Shown one piece after another: positions 41,542 to 52,760 of a DNA stretch of 64,000 nt. The stretch spans positions 129,182-193,181 of the IMG/VR virus record IMGVR_UViG_3300026549_000034, one strand, 5' to 3'. This DNA comes from a virus. Lineage: Duplodnaviria; Caudoviricetes. Position 1 is the first letter of the stretch. Every line of letters starts with the position of its first letter. The notes beneath the pieces are model-generated. The model ran no database searches. It was not told the origin of the DNA and worked only from the letters and a program-made list of their open reading frames with translations. The translations under genes were made by a program, and so were the position numbers.

Positions 41542-41757
41542 ATGTCAAGTATTTTTAGTTTTGCTTATTTATTGATAGGATGCATTATTGCAGTGCTATT
41601 TACTATCAAGTATTGTAAGAATCAGACAAAAGAAGAGAAAATTGAAGAGAATCCGTCTTTAATTGTTGCTTGGGTTATAATTATATTGTTATGGCCTATT
41701 GCTATTGGATGTTTTGTATATGGATCAATCAAAAATAAATCATTATGGAGAAGGTAA
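41542..41757 (+). CDS. small membrane protein (two predicted TM segments)
   Basis: two hydrophobic stretches. Confidence 0.65.
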   Translation: MSSIFSFAYLLIGCIIAVLFTIKYCKNQTKEEKIEENPSLIVAWVIIILLWPIAIGCFVYGSIKNKSLWRR

Positions 41758-41885
41758 AATGTCCAAAATGTGATAGAGAAGTTGAAATTGACATAAGTAA
41801 TGCGGCTGATGAGAATGCTGAAAGTTATATATGTCCTCATTGCCATTTTATATTTGGATTTTGTAACAACTAAAATATATAAAAA

Positions 41886-42194
41886 ATGAAGATTGTAGAA
41901 GAAAAGAAATTAGCAGACGGTTCAGTAAAGATTTTTTATAGTACTCTTAGAGACAATATTCTTTACAATTTCCTGCATAAGTATTACAAGTGTTCTATCA
42001 TTAGTAACAAACGATGCATTCTTTCAGATCTTATAAATAGATGCCCATTTAGATTTGAAGTATTGGATGACAACTTTAGTCAAATAAAGTTTATTATAGA
42101 TGAAGGACAAAATCTTACTATAACATATGAACTTATTTGGGAAGAAAGACCATCTGAAAATATAGTAAGATACTACTTGAAAGATATTGTCTAA
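41886..42194 (+). CDS. hypothetical protein
   Basis: 102-aa ORF. Confidence 0.6.
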   Translation: MKIVEEKKLADGSVKIFYSTLRDNILYNFLHKYYKCSIISNKRCILSDLINRCPFRFEVLDDNFSQIKFIIDEGQNLTITYELIWEERPSENIVRYYLKDIV

Positions 42195-42224
42195 GTTAAA
42201 GACGTATAAAAGTAAAAACGACAC

Positions 42225-42309
42225 TTCTGATGAATGGAGTTAACATCTTTTAATAATAGATATATAAATTTATTATAATGATATTAGATGTTAACTCCAT
42301 TCATCGGAA
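42225..42309. repeat. 24-bp inverted repeat with 37-nt AT-rich spacer
   Basis: ttctgatgaatggagttaacatct ... agatgttaactccattcatcggaa (one G:T pair). Confidence 0.85.
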
Positions 42310-42372
42310 TATTATCAGATGACATATTTATGAGCTGTTTGGCATTGTATTTTTAAGAAAGTTCAAAATTTA

Positions 42373-42404
42373 TTTGAATAATTACGCTTTTTATACTATA
42401 TTTA
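42373..42404 (+). promoter_or_regulatory. phage promoter motif copy
   Basis: tttgaataattacgctttttatactatattta. Confidence 0.65.
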
Positions 42405-42439
42405 ATTATACTTATAATTATACTTATTAAAAAAGAAAT

Positions 42440-42718
42440 ATGAGTAGATCATTTAAGAACAGAAAAGATCCGAACGCAGTACATATAACGTGGTGCGGAA
42501 AATCAAACAAGAAAGACAAAAGAATAGCCAATCGTAAGTTCAGACGTAAGGAGAACAGTGAGGCGAGAAAGTCAATGATCAACCGAGAAGACATGTTCAA
42601 TACTAAAGATTTGAAAGATGTTTCTAATACGTATAATTTTTCTTCTGATGGTTTAGCTCATTATTTTAACTTTAAGGATTGGGAAGTAGAAGACAAGTAT
42701 AGATTTAAAAATAAGTAA
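42440..42718 (+). CDS. basic hypothetical protein
   Basis: MSRSFK..KKDKRIANRKFRRK. Confidence 0.7.
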   Translation: MSRSFKNRKDPNAVHITWCGKSNKKDKRIANRKFRRKENSEARKSMINREDMFNTKDLKDVSNTYNFSSDGLAHYFNFKDWEVEDKYRFKNK

Positions 42719-42722
42719 GTAT

Positions 42723-43292
42723 ATGCCAAGTGAAAAAAGACAACTTCAGTATGACAAAGCCTATATGAAGATGGCTAAAGCAATGGGTGAGCTTAGTTAT
42801 GCATATCGAAACAAAGTAGGTTGTGTAATAGTTTCTAAGGATGGCCAACTTATTTCCCAAGGATTTAACGGTACACCTACAGGATATGACAACTGCTGTG
42901 AAGATGCCCATTGTTCTTGTCAGTATGTTAGAGGATGTTGTTATACTGAAAAGCCTATTTCCGAACAAATGAGTGTTGAGTTTTGTGCAAATGCATTGAA
43001 GCCACTTGGACATGCTAATGATAAGAAGGGCTATCCTTGCCATTATTTGACTTTGACAACAAAACGAGAAGTATTGCATGCCGAAACAAATGCTATAAGT
43101 AAATGTTCAAAATGGCATTCATCTACTGAAGGTGCAACTTTGTATGTTACTTTAAGTCCTTGTTTTGATTGTGCTAAGCTTATCATTCAGGCAGGTATTG
43201 CAAGGGTTTGTTATCTTGAAGTCTATAGAGATGCATCTGGTATAGATTTTCTTCGTAAGAATGGTATAGTTGTTGATAATATACAAATCTAA
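42723..43292 (+). CDS. dCMP deaminase with Cys-rich insertion
   Basis: KVGCVIV, GFNGTP.G, HAETNAI, TLSPCFDC. Confidence 0.92.
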   Translation: MPSEKRQLQYDKAYMKMAKAMGELSYAYRNKVGCVIVSKDGQLISQGFNGTPTGYDNCCEDAHCSCQYVRGCCYTEKPISEQMSVEFCANALKPLGHANDKKGYPCHYLTLTTKREVLHAETNAISKCSKWHSSTEGATLYVTLSPCFDCAKLIIQAGIARVCYLEVYRDASGIDFLRKNGIVVDNIQI

Positions 43293-45102
43293 AAATATGG
43301 TAGAAGATATTCAAAATAGAGTAAGAAATCATCTATGTGTATTTCAAACAGTTAAAGAACTTATTGAATCAAAAGATACACAAACATTGTCTGCATTTTT
43401 AAAAAATACAAATTTGACAGAAATAATGCAAAAGCAAATTGATTGGTTTATTTCATTAGGAAAAGCCATGGACAATAAGATTGCGGACAAATCATTTGAT
43501 GTAGAAAAATATATTAACAATTTTAAAAAATAGTTAAAAATATATTAACGAATTAAAATAAAGAAAGATATAGAAGTTAAACAAACACAATTTTTATATA
43601 TGGAATACAAAGAAAAACTTGAAGAAGCTAAAGAACTTTATAAAACTGCTAATGCTGACCAAAAGTATGCATTGGAACTTCTTTTTCCTGAAATCAAAGA
43701 GAATGAGGAGGAGAGGATAAGGAAAACATTAATTGAATATTTTAATGCTTATCCTAAAGATTATTTTGGAGGGCTGAAAAAGAGCTATATTGTTGCTTGG
43801 CTTGAAAAACAAGATGAGCAAGACAAGATTGAAGCTCTTCGGACAGAGTATGAAAAGGGCAGAGCTGATACTATTGTTGAAATGAAATCATCTTGGAGTG
43901 AAGAGGATGAAAAGAATCTTATAGAAATCATAAGTATTGTTCAAAATATCAGTAATTATGACAAACAATATGATGGATATATTAATTGGCTTAAATCTAT
44001 TAGACAAAGGCACACTTGGAATCCAACAAAGGAACAGATGTATATGATAGAATGGCTTACAACAAATGTTCTTGATGATGGCCCTGTAGGAAAGAAGGCA
44101 AAAGAAGTATTGTACACATTGATTGAACAACTAAAATCGCTTTGATATGAAATACATTGATGCAAAAAAACTGAAAGAGCAAATAGAATGTATTGGTTTA
44201 GTTCCGACTATAAGTTCTGACTATAATGATGGCCGCGATGACGTAAAAATGATGGTACTTGACCTAATCGACTCTCTACAGCAGGAGTCAATAGAGGAGG
44301 ATTTAGAGAAAGAGATTGATAAATATTGCGAACCAATACAGGCATGGCAAATACAGGAAGCACCGTATACAAGTATTGAAAAATGTGCTCGTCATTTCTA
44401 TGAACTTGGACTTAAAAGACAGAAAGGAGAATAAATTATGATACTGGAAAAAGAACTATTTAAAGAAGTTTTCAATGAGTTGCAAAACCATTATCCAAGA
44501 TTGAGTATGATAGGCACTATAGTATGCTATGATAATAAGGAAAAGTTCAATACTGATGGTTTTAATCTTGCGTATAATCTGCATCGCTTGACTAACTTAT
44601 TGAATGAACAAGGAGAATTTAAATAATTAATAACTATGAACACAAGTAAAGCAGACAAGAGATGGTGGCACATTGAGGAACGTGTTTCTGGTAAGAAGTC
44701 ACTCATCATCGGAAGAAAGATACAGATTAATTGGTACAAGGACAAGGAAGTCCGCAACCAATTCAAGTGGTTCAACTCGGTGGATATGTTCTATTGGCAT
44801 ATTGTACTATTCGGTAAGATTTTAGAATTTCAATATTTTCACAGACTATGACGTATATTTTATTATTTATTCTTGGAGTAATAGTCGGAGCACTATTGAT
44901 TCCATTTATCATCTACTTCCGAGCAAGAAGAAGCGGTTGGGATGATAGTAATATTTTTAATGTTCTTCGAGTAATATGTCATTTGGCATTACATCCTGAA
45001 GATTTTCTAAAGATGAGATATGAAGATGGTAAGAATCCATTTTGGTATTTGACTAAAGATGAATTTTCTGAAGTAGTTGATAGCAGACCGCAAAAAAATT
45101 AA
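43270..45102 (+). CDS. run of hypothetical genes (43270, 43600, 44147, 44438, 44636, 44848)
   Basis: tightly packed same-strand ORFs. Confidence 0.6.
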
Positions 45103-45105
45103 AAA

Positions 45106-46005
45106 ATGGAAAATAACTATAAAGAAATTTTTGAAAAGATGGTTAAAAGTACGCAGAAGTATCTTGAGGACAATCATCTTTATGCAATGATACTTGGTAT
45201 TTCTGGTGGACTTGATTCAACTGTTACTGCTACAATTTGCTATGAGGTTGAAAAAAGAAATCCTGAACTTAAATTTTATGGTGTTTCACTTCCTTGCTCT
45301 TCAAATACCGATGAAGAAAATGATTCAGCAAAAGTATGCATGAAAGGATTTTGCAAGTCTGGTCAATGGTTGGTAGAGAATCTTCAAAAGGAATATATGC
45401 TTATGAAGGCAACTTGCTCACAAAGGCATCTTCCTACAACTATTGGGCAAGGAAATATTAAAGCAAGACTTCGTATGATGTATCTTTATGACCTTGCAAA
45501 CTATACAAAAGGTCTTGTTATGGATACTGACAATCTAACTGAGCATTATCTTGGATTCTTTACAATTCATGGTGACCAAGGCGATTTGAATCCAATTGGT
45601 GGACTTTGGAAACATGAAGTGTATGAGCTCGCAAAGTATCTTCATGATGAATATTACAATAACCCTTTGGAATTTGAAGGATATAGATTAATGGCACTTA
45701 ATGCGGCTATTAATATTACACCTACTGATGGAAACGGTGTAAATGATCTTGGTGATATGGGACAAATTGCTCCTGAGTTTGCTCATGATAATAATATTGA
45801 AGCATATACTAAAGTAGATGACATTGTGAAGACGTATATTGATTGCCGAGGTCTTCATTCAGAACAGTATCTTATAGAAATGAACAAACTATATAATAAG
45901 TATAGTGTAAAGACTGTTGAGGATATTGTCAATAGAATTATTAGGACAGAATATAAGAGAAAGAGGTTGCCAATTGTTCCTGACATAACAAAGGCTAGAA
46001 CTTAA
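45106..46005 (+). CDS. nadE: NH3-dependent NAD+ synthetase
   Basis: LGISGGLDS, GNIKARLRM, TDNLTE..LGFFT.HGD, PIGGLWKHEV, PTDG, EYKR. Confidence 0.92.
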   Translation: MENNYKEIFEKMVKSTQKYLEDNHLYAMILGISGGLDSTVTATICYEVEKRNPELKFYGVSLPCSSNTDEENDSAKVCMKGFCKSGQWLVENLQKEYMLMKATCSQRHLPTTIGQGNIKARLRMMYLYDLANYTKGLVMDTDNLTEHYLGFFTIHGDQGDLNPIGGLWKHEVYELAKYLHDEYYNNPLEFEGYRLMALNAAINITPTDGNGVNDLGDMGQIAPEFAHDNNIEAYTKVDDIVKTYIDCRGLHSEQYLIEMNKLYNKYSVKTVEDIVNRIIRTEYKRKRLPIVPDITKART

Positions 46006-46017
46006 GTTCTAGCCTTT
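45990..46017. terminator. perfect 28-bp palindrome centred on overlapping stop codons
   Basis: aaaggctagaactt|aagttctagccttt. Confidence 0.8.
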
Positions 46018-46250
46018 TGTATGATAACATCCCCATCCCAAAAATCTTCAACAAAATCAATAATGAAATTTTGATATACATTTGGAATGATATACAATTC
46101 ATAGTCATCTTTATTAATCCTATTCAATTCTTCATCAGTAACTATATAGCCTTCTGGATTTATTGCAAGATCTGATGAATGTCTTGAATGAGTTTTAATA
46201 AGTTCATTGTCTAATTCTTTTGATAACGGTTTAATGAAAAAATACGTCAT
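46002..46250 (-). CDS. hypothetical protein
   Basis: 82-aa ORF convergent with nadE. Confidence 0.6.
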   Translation of the reverse strand: MTYFFIKPLSKELDNELIKTHSRHSSDLAINPEGYIVTDEELNRINKDDYELYIIPNVYQNFIIDFVEDFWDGDVIIQKART

Positions 46251-46382
46251 ATAAATCTATAAGATATGTTTTTCTATTTTAAAATAGAAATTGATTATGA
46301 ACAGATTCATAAAAATTTTTATATATAATTTGAATTTATATGAACTTTTATCTATATTATAATATCTAAAATAATTAAAAAT

Positions 46383-49300
46383 ATGTATGCATTAATTTAC
46401 AAAAGTGGAATGTTTCTTGGTGTTTTCTCAAGTAAGAAAACTATGAGAATTGTTATTGAGGCTCTTATTAAAGATCAATATGAAACGAATGGATATCATG
46501 GTGATTATCACTTCCAATATGTAAAGTTTAATCCTGATGAACCTTGGATAACTTCAAAGGATGAAGCACCAAAAGAAACACGTGCATTGCTTTCACTTAG
46601 CACAATGCATTCTGAAAAGTTTATTCATAAAGTAAAGACAGACTGGTCAACTGGAAAAATTCTTGATATGGATGCAGATACTACAAATAATCTTAATGAC
46701 AAAGAATAAACATAATGACTTATAAGCAAGGACAGAAATTATTGAAGGAAGCTGACAAATATATTCAGGAAAACAATATAGATGTAGCTAAAGAAATATT
46801 TGATAAAGTTTTTGAAAATGACACAAACTATATACATGCTGTTATATTAACTGAGTCAAATTACGAATATTCAATATTTTCTAAAGAGTTCAATAAGTTG
46901 CTTAATGAATATTATATTGATACATTAATGAATAATAGATAAATTATGAAAGCAAGAATAAAGAAGACAGGTGAGATAGTTAATATTGCTGACTATGCTA
47001 CAATTACACTTGATAGTCATGATTCGTGGGGAAATCCTATAGAAGTGAAGCCTGAAGAAGTAGAGCTTATCGATGAAAATGAAGAAATTGATGAAAACGT
47101 AAAAGAGATGTATGAACAGTGGGGTATCGAAAGTCCACTTCAAGACTATTGGTATGAAGTCAAGGAACGTGCATCAATAGCTATATTGCAAGGGTTGTTA
47201 TCAAATTCCAGCGCAAAAGGCAATATAAAAGATTATGTTAAGTGTGCAACGGAATATGCTGATACATTGATTGCAGAACTTAAAAAAGAAATAGTATGAA
47301 AAGTTACACCGATGTAGATCAAAGTAAAATTTCTATTTGGAAAAGAATTATCAAAAAAGTCCTATTTCCATTTATTTTTTGTTGGTTTGGGGTCTGTTGG
47401 TGTATTATGAAACTTGGTAGAGGAATCTATTGGTTTGGAAATAAGCTAAGCGGTGATAGATTTGACCCATATAATTGGACTGAAGAAGTTTAATATAATA
47501 ATAAATAATATAATAAAGTTATGAAATCATATGCAGACATAAAACAATGCAGAAAGTTGGCTGAGTTCCTACCAATTAAAAGTGCTGATATGTGTTTTAA
47601 TATATCACAACGCCATAATATGCCGCCACTAATGACTCCTTATAGCAAATTCAATGAATTTTTCGACATAAGTCCAACACCTGATTTTTTGATTCCTTGT
47701 TGGTCGCTTGCCGCATTGCTTAATGTATTGCCGTCATCTACGTTAGATAGTTCTGATGACCACCATTATAGGGTGCATTGCATGGAAAGATTCACCGAAT
47801 GGTACGATAATCAAATAGATGCTTGCTATGAAATGATATTGAAGTTACATGAACAAAATCTATTGTAATTAATGAATAATAATGGATAAGGAAAAGGCTA
47901 AAGAGTTTCTTATTAAGTACAGAAACAAGGATATTGTGAACTTATAAACAAATAAACTTATATATATTTATGAACTATTTAATGCAAGAAAATGGATTCT
48001 GTAAAGGAATCGAACTAAAGAGAGAACCTACATGGGATGAAACAAAATATTGTCTTGAAGAAATTCTTGGCTTTAATTTAGATTATATGTTCGAGATTGA
48101 TAAGCCTGATGAAGAATGGGCATATGAATATGAAATAAATGACTATAATGAAGAAGTAGCAGAAGAAATAAAAGATATTCATAAGACATTTATTGACTTC
48201 ATAAAAGGTGAATGTACTTGGCATTGGCTTTGTGACACATTATATTGTTATGACGATCTTGATGAATTTACAATCGGTAATTTTGCATATCTAATCAAAT
48301 ATTTAGATGAAAAGGAAATCATATGAAAACAAAAGATAAGATTTTTAAGTTAATTGATATACGCCCGGGAACTTGGCCAAGCTATTATGATGATTGTGCC
48401 GCTAAAGAATATTATGAATATTTTATTAAAGGCACTAATATCAAACTTGGTTTTAGATATATTGATGGAGAAACCAATGAAGAAAATTTTTATTGCATAG
48501 TATGTGACGGATATGATCAAATGGACTCTTATGATTCTGAAGCAGAACTATTTGAGCATTTTGAATGGATGCTAATGAATGAAGAATTAACATGGAGATA
48601 TTATGAATAAGATTCATAAAAGATATTATGAATAAGATTCTTAAAATATATTATGAATAAGATTCTCAAAAATGAGAATCTTTTTTGTTGAATTTTTCCA
48701 GTTTTTATACTATATTAAATTATCAAAATAAAAAATAAGTTATATGACAAACAAAGAATCAAATCTTATCAGTAAGTGCAAAGAAATTAATAATGAAATT
48801 GAAGAATACATTGCTTCAAATAATGATTGGGTTTATTACTTTCTTAATCCTCTTGCAGGTGGTAATGAAGAGTTGTTTAATGTTGTGAAAGAAAATCCTG
48901 ATGATTGGAGTGACTATGTTACTTTTGCAATCACTAATGTAACTTCAACAGGTATTGTCAATATATGTATTAATATTGATGATAATTCTGAACTTGGTGT
49001 AAGTATTAGACGTTATATTATTTTAAGTCATTTTAATGAAACAGTGGCAAAAAATAAAAAATTATATGAAGGTGAACTGAATGATATACGTAAGAATAAT
49101 CTTGAAGAAGAAATTGAATACTATGAAAAGTTAATAGTCAAAAAGAAAGAAGAATTAAAGCAATATAGTTAAATCATGGATAGAGAAGAACTATTAAAAA
49201 CATTTGAAAATTGTGTAAGAAATAATGAAGCATATTACAATAAGTTTCTCACAAATCTTCATAATAAGATCATAGTTACTAAGTATCAATATGTACCTAA

Positions 49301-49418
49301 TTTTGAAATCACATATCTACAATCTATTGATGGCGGTAAAGAAGTAGTAGAACTGTCACAATCTCATTTAGGGCCTTTTGATTGCCTTAATCTTATAGAA
49401 GAACTAATGGAAAACTAA
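46383..49418 (+). CDS. run of small hypothetical genes (46383, 46715, 46946, 47296, 47521, 47970, 48323, 48744, 49176)
   Basis: same-strand ORFs; promoter copies at 46329 and 48687. Confidence 0.6.
48598..48672 (+). repeat. 3 x 25-bp tandem repeat running into a terminator
   Basis: unit atattatgaataagattc followed by ataaaag / ttaaaat / tcaaaaa. Confidence 0.85.
48659..48686 (+). terminator. intrinsic terminator
   Basis: aagattctca-aaaa-tgagaatctttttt. Confidence 0.75.
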
Positions 49419-49632
49419 AAAAGGAAATATTTATGGAAAAGACATTTGATGATATAACAGATATATGTTACAAAGAAAGCCAAGAAAGTGAACTTATCTC
49501 AGTTTCTATAGTAGTTAAAGATCATAATTCTGGAGAAATACGTATATATAATTCTAATGAATATAACGGTATAAGTGAGTATGTCGAAAATTAAAATTAT
49601 TTTTAATCAAATAAATTTAAATATAACTAACA

Positions 49633-50007
49633 ATGAAAAGTATTAATGACTTCATAAAAGAATCAAAGGGTAATGTAAAGCATGATGATTTGGGTGGTCG
49701 TGGTATGTTTTATACTTCAAATGGTGAATTAACATATTTTGAAGATTGCTATACTTATCCGGTTGATACAGATGATTGTATTGAAATTACTTTGCTTAGA
49801 ACAGATGTATCTAAACAAGGCACTGGAACAGATCTGTTGCAAGCTTTAATTGAGTATGCAAAATCTGTTAATAAGAAAATTGTAGTCTATGCAAGTCCTG
49901 TGGGTGATAAAATTTCTGAAAAGGATCTTATTGATTTTTATATGAAAAATGGATTTGTACAAGATGAAAGAACAGATGATAAGCATTGTTTAATTTATAA
50001 TGTTTAA
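49633..50007 (+). CDS. GNAT acetyltransferase with capsid-targeting-like leader
   Basis: KQGTGTDLLQALIEYA, LIDFYMKNGF; leader MKSINDFIKE. Confidence 0.8.
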   Translation: MKSINDFIKESKGNVKHDDLGGRGMFYTSNGELTYFEDCYTYPVDTDDCIEITLLRTDVSKQGTGTDLLQALIEYAKSVNKKIVVYASPVGDKISEKDLIDFYMKNGFVQDERTDDKHCLIYNV

Positions 50008-50032
50008 TTTGGATATATAGTATTTACATATT

Positions 50033-50062
50033 AAAAGACCTTCCAAAAGAAGGTCTTTTTTT
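50033..50062 (+). terminator. intrinsic terminator
   Basis: aaaagaccttc-caaaa-gaaggtcttttt. Confidence 0.8.
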
Positions 50063-50115
50063 ATGTTTAATTTCTGCAAAAATTACTATATTAAAATAAA
50101 AATTTATTTAAATGT

Positions 50116-50802
50116 ATGAAAAGTTGGGCAGAAAACGAATGTAGGATTGCTTGTAAACGAGAGAATCCGAATTATGATTTTGATAGTGATGAATTTGACT
50201 ATGGGTGTTCTTGTTATAAATCAGCATTGAAAGCTTATGAAAGTCTTTGTGATGATGAACATTCTGGTTTTTCATGGGGAGTTACAAAAAATATTCTCAT
50301 TAGACTTATGAATGGTCAACCTCTTACACCAATTACTGATGAAGATTTCTTTGATGAGAATTCCCATAAGTTAGAATCTTCAGAATCTTTAATGAAACGT
50401 GGATTAAAATCATCTATTCAATGTTCACGTATGAGTTCATTGTTCAGAGAAGAAACTTTAGACGACAAAGTAATTTATCACGATATTGATAGATTCTATT
50501 ATATTGATATTGATAATGGATCTACATATCATTCAAGTGCAAAATTTCTTGATGAAATGTTTCCAATTACCATGCCTTATATGCCTAAGATTAATAAGTA
50601 TAAGATCTATGCTCGAGAATTTTTGACTAATAGAAAAAATGGAGATTTTGATACTAAAGAAATTAAGTATATGATTACTCCTGAAGGCGAGAAAATTGAA
50701 TTGAACTTGTATTATTCCGAAGCACTTTCTGGTAAATGGGAACAAATAACAAAGGAACAATATGATGAATTACGAAAGAAAGAAATAATTTATGAAATAT
50801 AA
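50116..50802 (+). CDS. conserved-looking phage hypothetical protein
   Basis: HSGFSW, PLTPIT, QCSRMSSLFR, FPITMPYMP segments. Confidence 0.75.
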   Translation: MKSWAENECRIACKRENPNYDFDSDEFDYGCSCYKSALKAYESLCDDEHSGFSWGVTKNILIRLMNGQPLTPITDEDFFDENSHKLESSESLMKRGLKSSIQCSRMSSLFREETLDDKVIYHDIDRFYYIDIDNGSTYHSSAKFLDEMFPITMPYMPKINKYKIYAREFLTNRKNGDFDTKEIKYMITPEGEKIELNLYYSEALSGKWEQITKEQYDELRKKEIIYEI

Positions 50803-50826
50803 TTTTTTAATATAATTTGAATATAA

Positions 50827-50858
50827 TTTGAATTTCTAAAGTTTTTATACTATATTTG
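50827..50858 (+). promoter_or_regulatory. Bacteroidota-type promoter (TTTG-N20-TATATTTG)
   Basis: tttgaatttctaaagtttttatactatatttg. Confidence 0.75.
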
Positions 50859-51207
50859 ATTATATAAAAATTATTTAATTATGAAAATTATTTAAAAATG
50901 ATTTAAATTATGACTGCTGAAGATAAAAAACGTATAGTAGAATTTTTAAAGGAAAATCTCCATACCCATACAGATTGGACTGGAACAAGAGTTGAAACGG
51001 TTAATCATTGTGAAAGTGTAGAAGAATTTATTGATAAACTTTTTAACTATGTTGAGCAATGACACAAGAAGAAAAAGAATTACTATTGGAGTTACTTCAA
51101 AAGGCAAATTGCGAAGACTGTTTAAGAGTATATACAACTGAACAAGAATATGAATTAGAATGGTGTTTTATAGACAATGATAAACTTTGCATAAGAATTG
51201 AAGAGCT

Positions 51208-51585
51208 ATGAAACAAGAAGATAAAGAATTATTGTTAAAATACCTTTGCGCAATGTTGCCATATAACCCAGTAGTTCATATTAAAGATATAAATGTTTGT
51301 TATTATGACAATTATCTATGCGAAGATTATTTAGCTAAATTTAGAGTTAATTCTATTATAATTATGCCATATCTTCGTCCAATGTCAAGTATGACTGAGG
51401 AAGAGGAAGAAGAGTTTGTTTTACTTACAGATATAATGCTTAGATATGGCAAAAATAATAACCTTTGTTGTTTGCCACTAGATGCTATTCAATGGCTTCT
51501 TAAAAAACATTTTGATTTTATGGGATTAATTCCAAAAGGTCTTGCTATTGAAGTAACAGAAGAAAATAATCCATATAAAGAATAA
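51208..51585 (+). CDS. hypothetical protein, paralog of 52293
   Basis: EDKELLLKYLCA..PYLRPMSSMTEEE..GLAIEVTEENNPY shared. Confidence 0.75.
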   Translation: MKQEDKELLLKYLCAMLPYNPVVHIKDINVCYYDNYLCEDYLAKFRVNSIIIMPYLRPMSSMTEEEEEEFVLLTDIMLRYGKNNNLCCLPLDAIQWLLKKHFDFMGLIPKGLAIEVTEENNPYKE

Positions 51586-52292
51586 AAATTATGAAACAAT
51601 ACATTGATAAAGCCACTGTAGTAGCACAAGCCAATATTGAGATAACAAATCTTCGTATTGCAGAAAAGGAAGGCTACCTCACAGAATATGGAAGAGGTAT
51701 GTTGGAGGGCTTAGAAGGAATAGTGGATTTCATTAACACCCTTGAAGTGAAAAAGGTGGACTTGGAATACAAAAATGATTAAGGATTTCAAAAACTATAT
51801 GAAAGGAAAATAAGATATGAAACTGATATTTCAAGATAAAGAAGTCTATATAAAAGACGATAATGTATATGAAAAAGACACTAACAAATACCTTGGAAAT
51901 TGCTATGTGGATGAGTTGGGTGATATGTATGTAAAATCACCCTATCATAAAGGAGAAATATTATACATTGAATAGTGAACGTGGTTATATATTATGTGAG
52001 AAAATTATGACACAAGAAGAAAAGATTAAAATTTTGATAGAAACATGTAAACCTTGTATTATTGTAAAACCAAGAGTTAATTATAATACTAATACAGGAA
52101 GAAGATATGTATATGGTTTAACTATTTTAGGAGAATCGTCTGAACAATTAGGTCATAGTCATGGCGTTGGAAGTTATTATGATTACGGCTTTATGCAATT
52201 AGATACTGAAAATGGTATTTCGGTTATAGTCTTAACTTAAAAGTTTATAAATCAAAATTAAAAACAAACATTAATTAAAATTTAGAAATATT

Positions 52293-52760
52293 ATGACACA
52301 AGAAGATAAAGAACTGCTCCTTAAATACCTTTGTGCAATATTGCCTTATGGAGTAATTGTTAGACATGCTGATTATTTAATAGATTCAGATGGTAATTAT
52401 ACTGGACAATTTTGGTATAAACGAGGTTATCTATATAATATTTGTAGAATGGATAACATGACAACTACAATTATTGAAAGCGAAGGTAGTGACGAAGAAG
52501 GTTATGAACATATTTGTGATTTAGAAAGATCTCTACCATATCTCCGTCCAATGTCGAGTATGACTGAGGAAGAACTAAAGGAGTTTCGTGCATGTCATTG
52601 TGTATATGATTTGCATCCAGATTTTCAACCAATGATGTGTAACCTATCTAATCTAACAAATATGTTTAATTGGCTCCTTTCTAATCACTTTGACCTTTTA
52701 GGTTTAATTGCCAAAGGTCTTGCTATTGAAGTAACTGAAGAGAATAACCCATATGAATAA
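52293..52760 (+). CDS. hypothetical protein, paralog of 51208
   Basis: same conserved blocks, different central segments. Confidence 0.75.
   Translation: MTQEDKELLLKYLCAILPYGVIVRHADYLIDSDGNYTGQFWYKRGYLYNICRMDNMTTTIIESEGSDEEGYEHICDLERSLPYLRPMSSMTEEELKEFRACHCVYDLHPDFQPMMCNLSNLTNMFNWLLSNHFDLLGLIAKGLAIEVTEENNPYE

Noticed and set aside
35209-46005. Bacterial chromosome origin suggested by recA, mgsA, ssrA, smpB and nadE
   Set aside because: These genes are interspersed with a T4-like topoisomerase and modification genes, an endolysin, and dense small ORFs with repeated promoters. There are no bacterial housekeeping operons.
48598-48672. CRISPR mini-array
   Set aside because: The units are directly tandem with only about 7 variable nt, there are no spacer-length unique sequences, and no cas genes are present.
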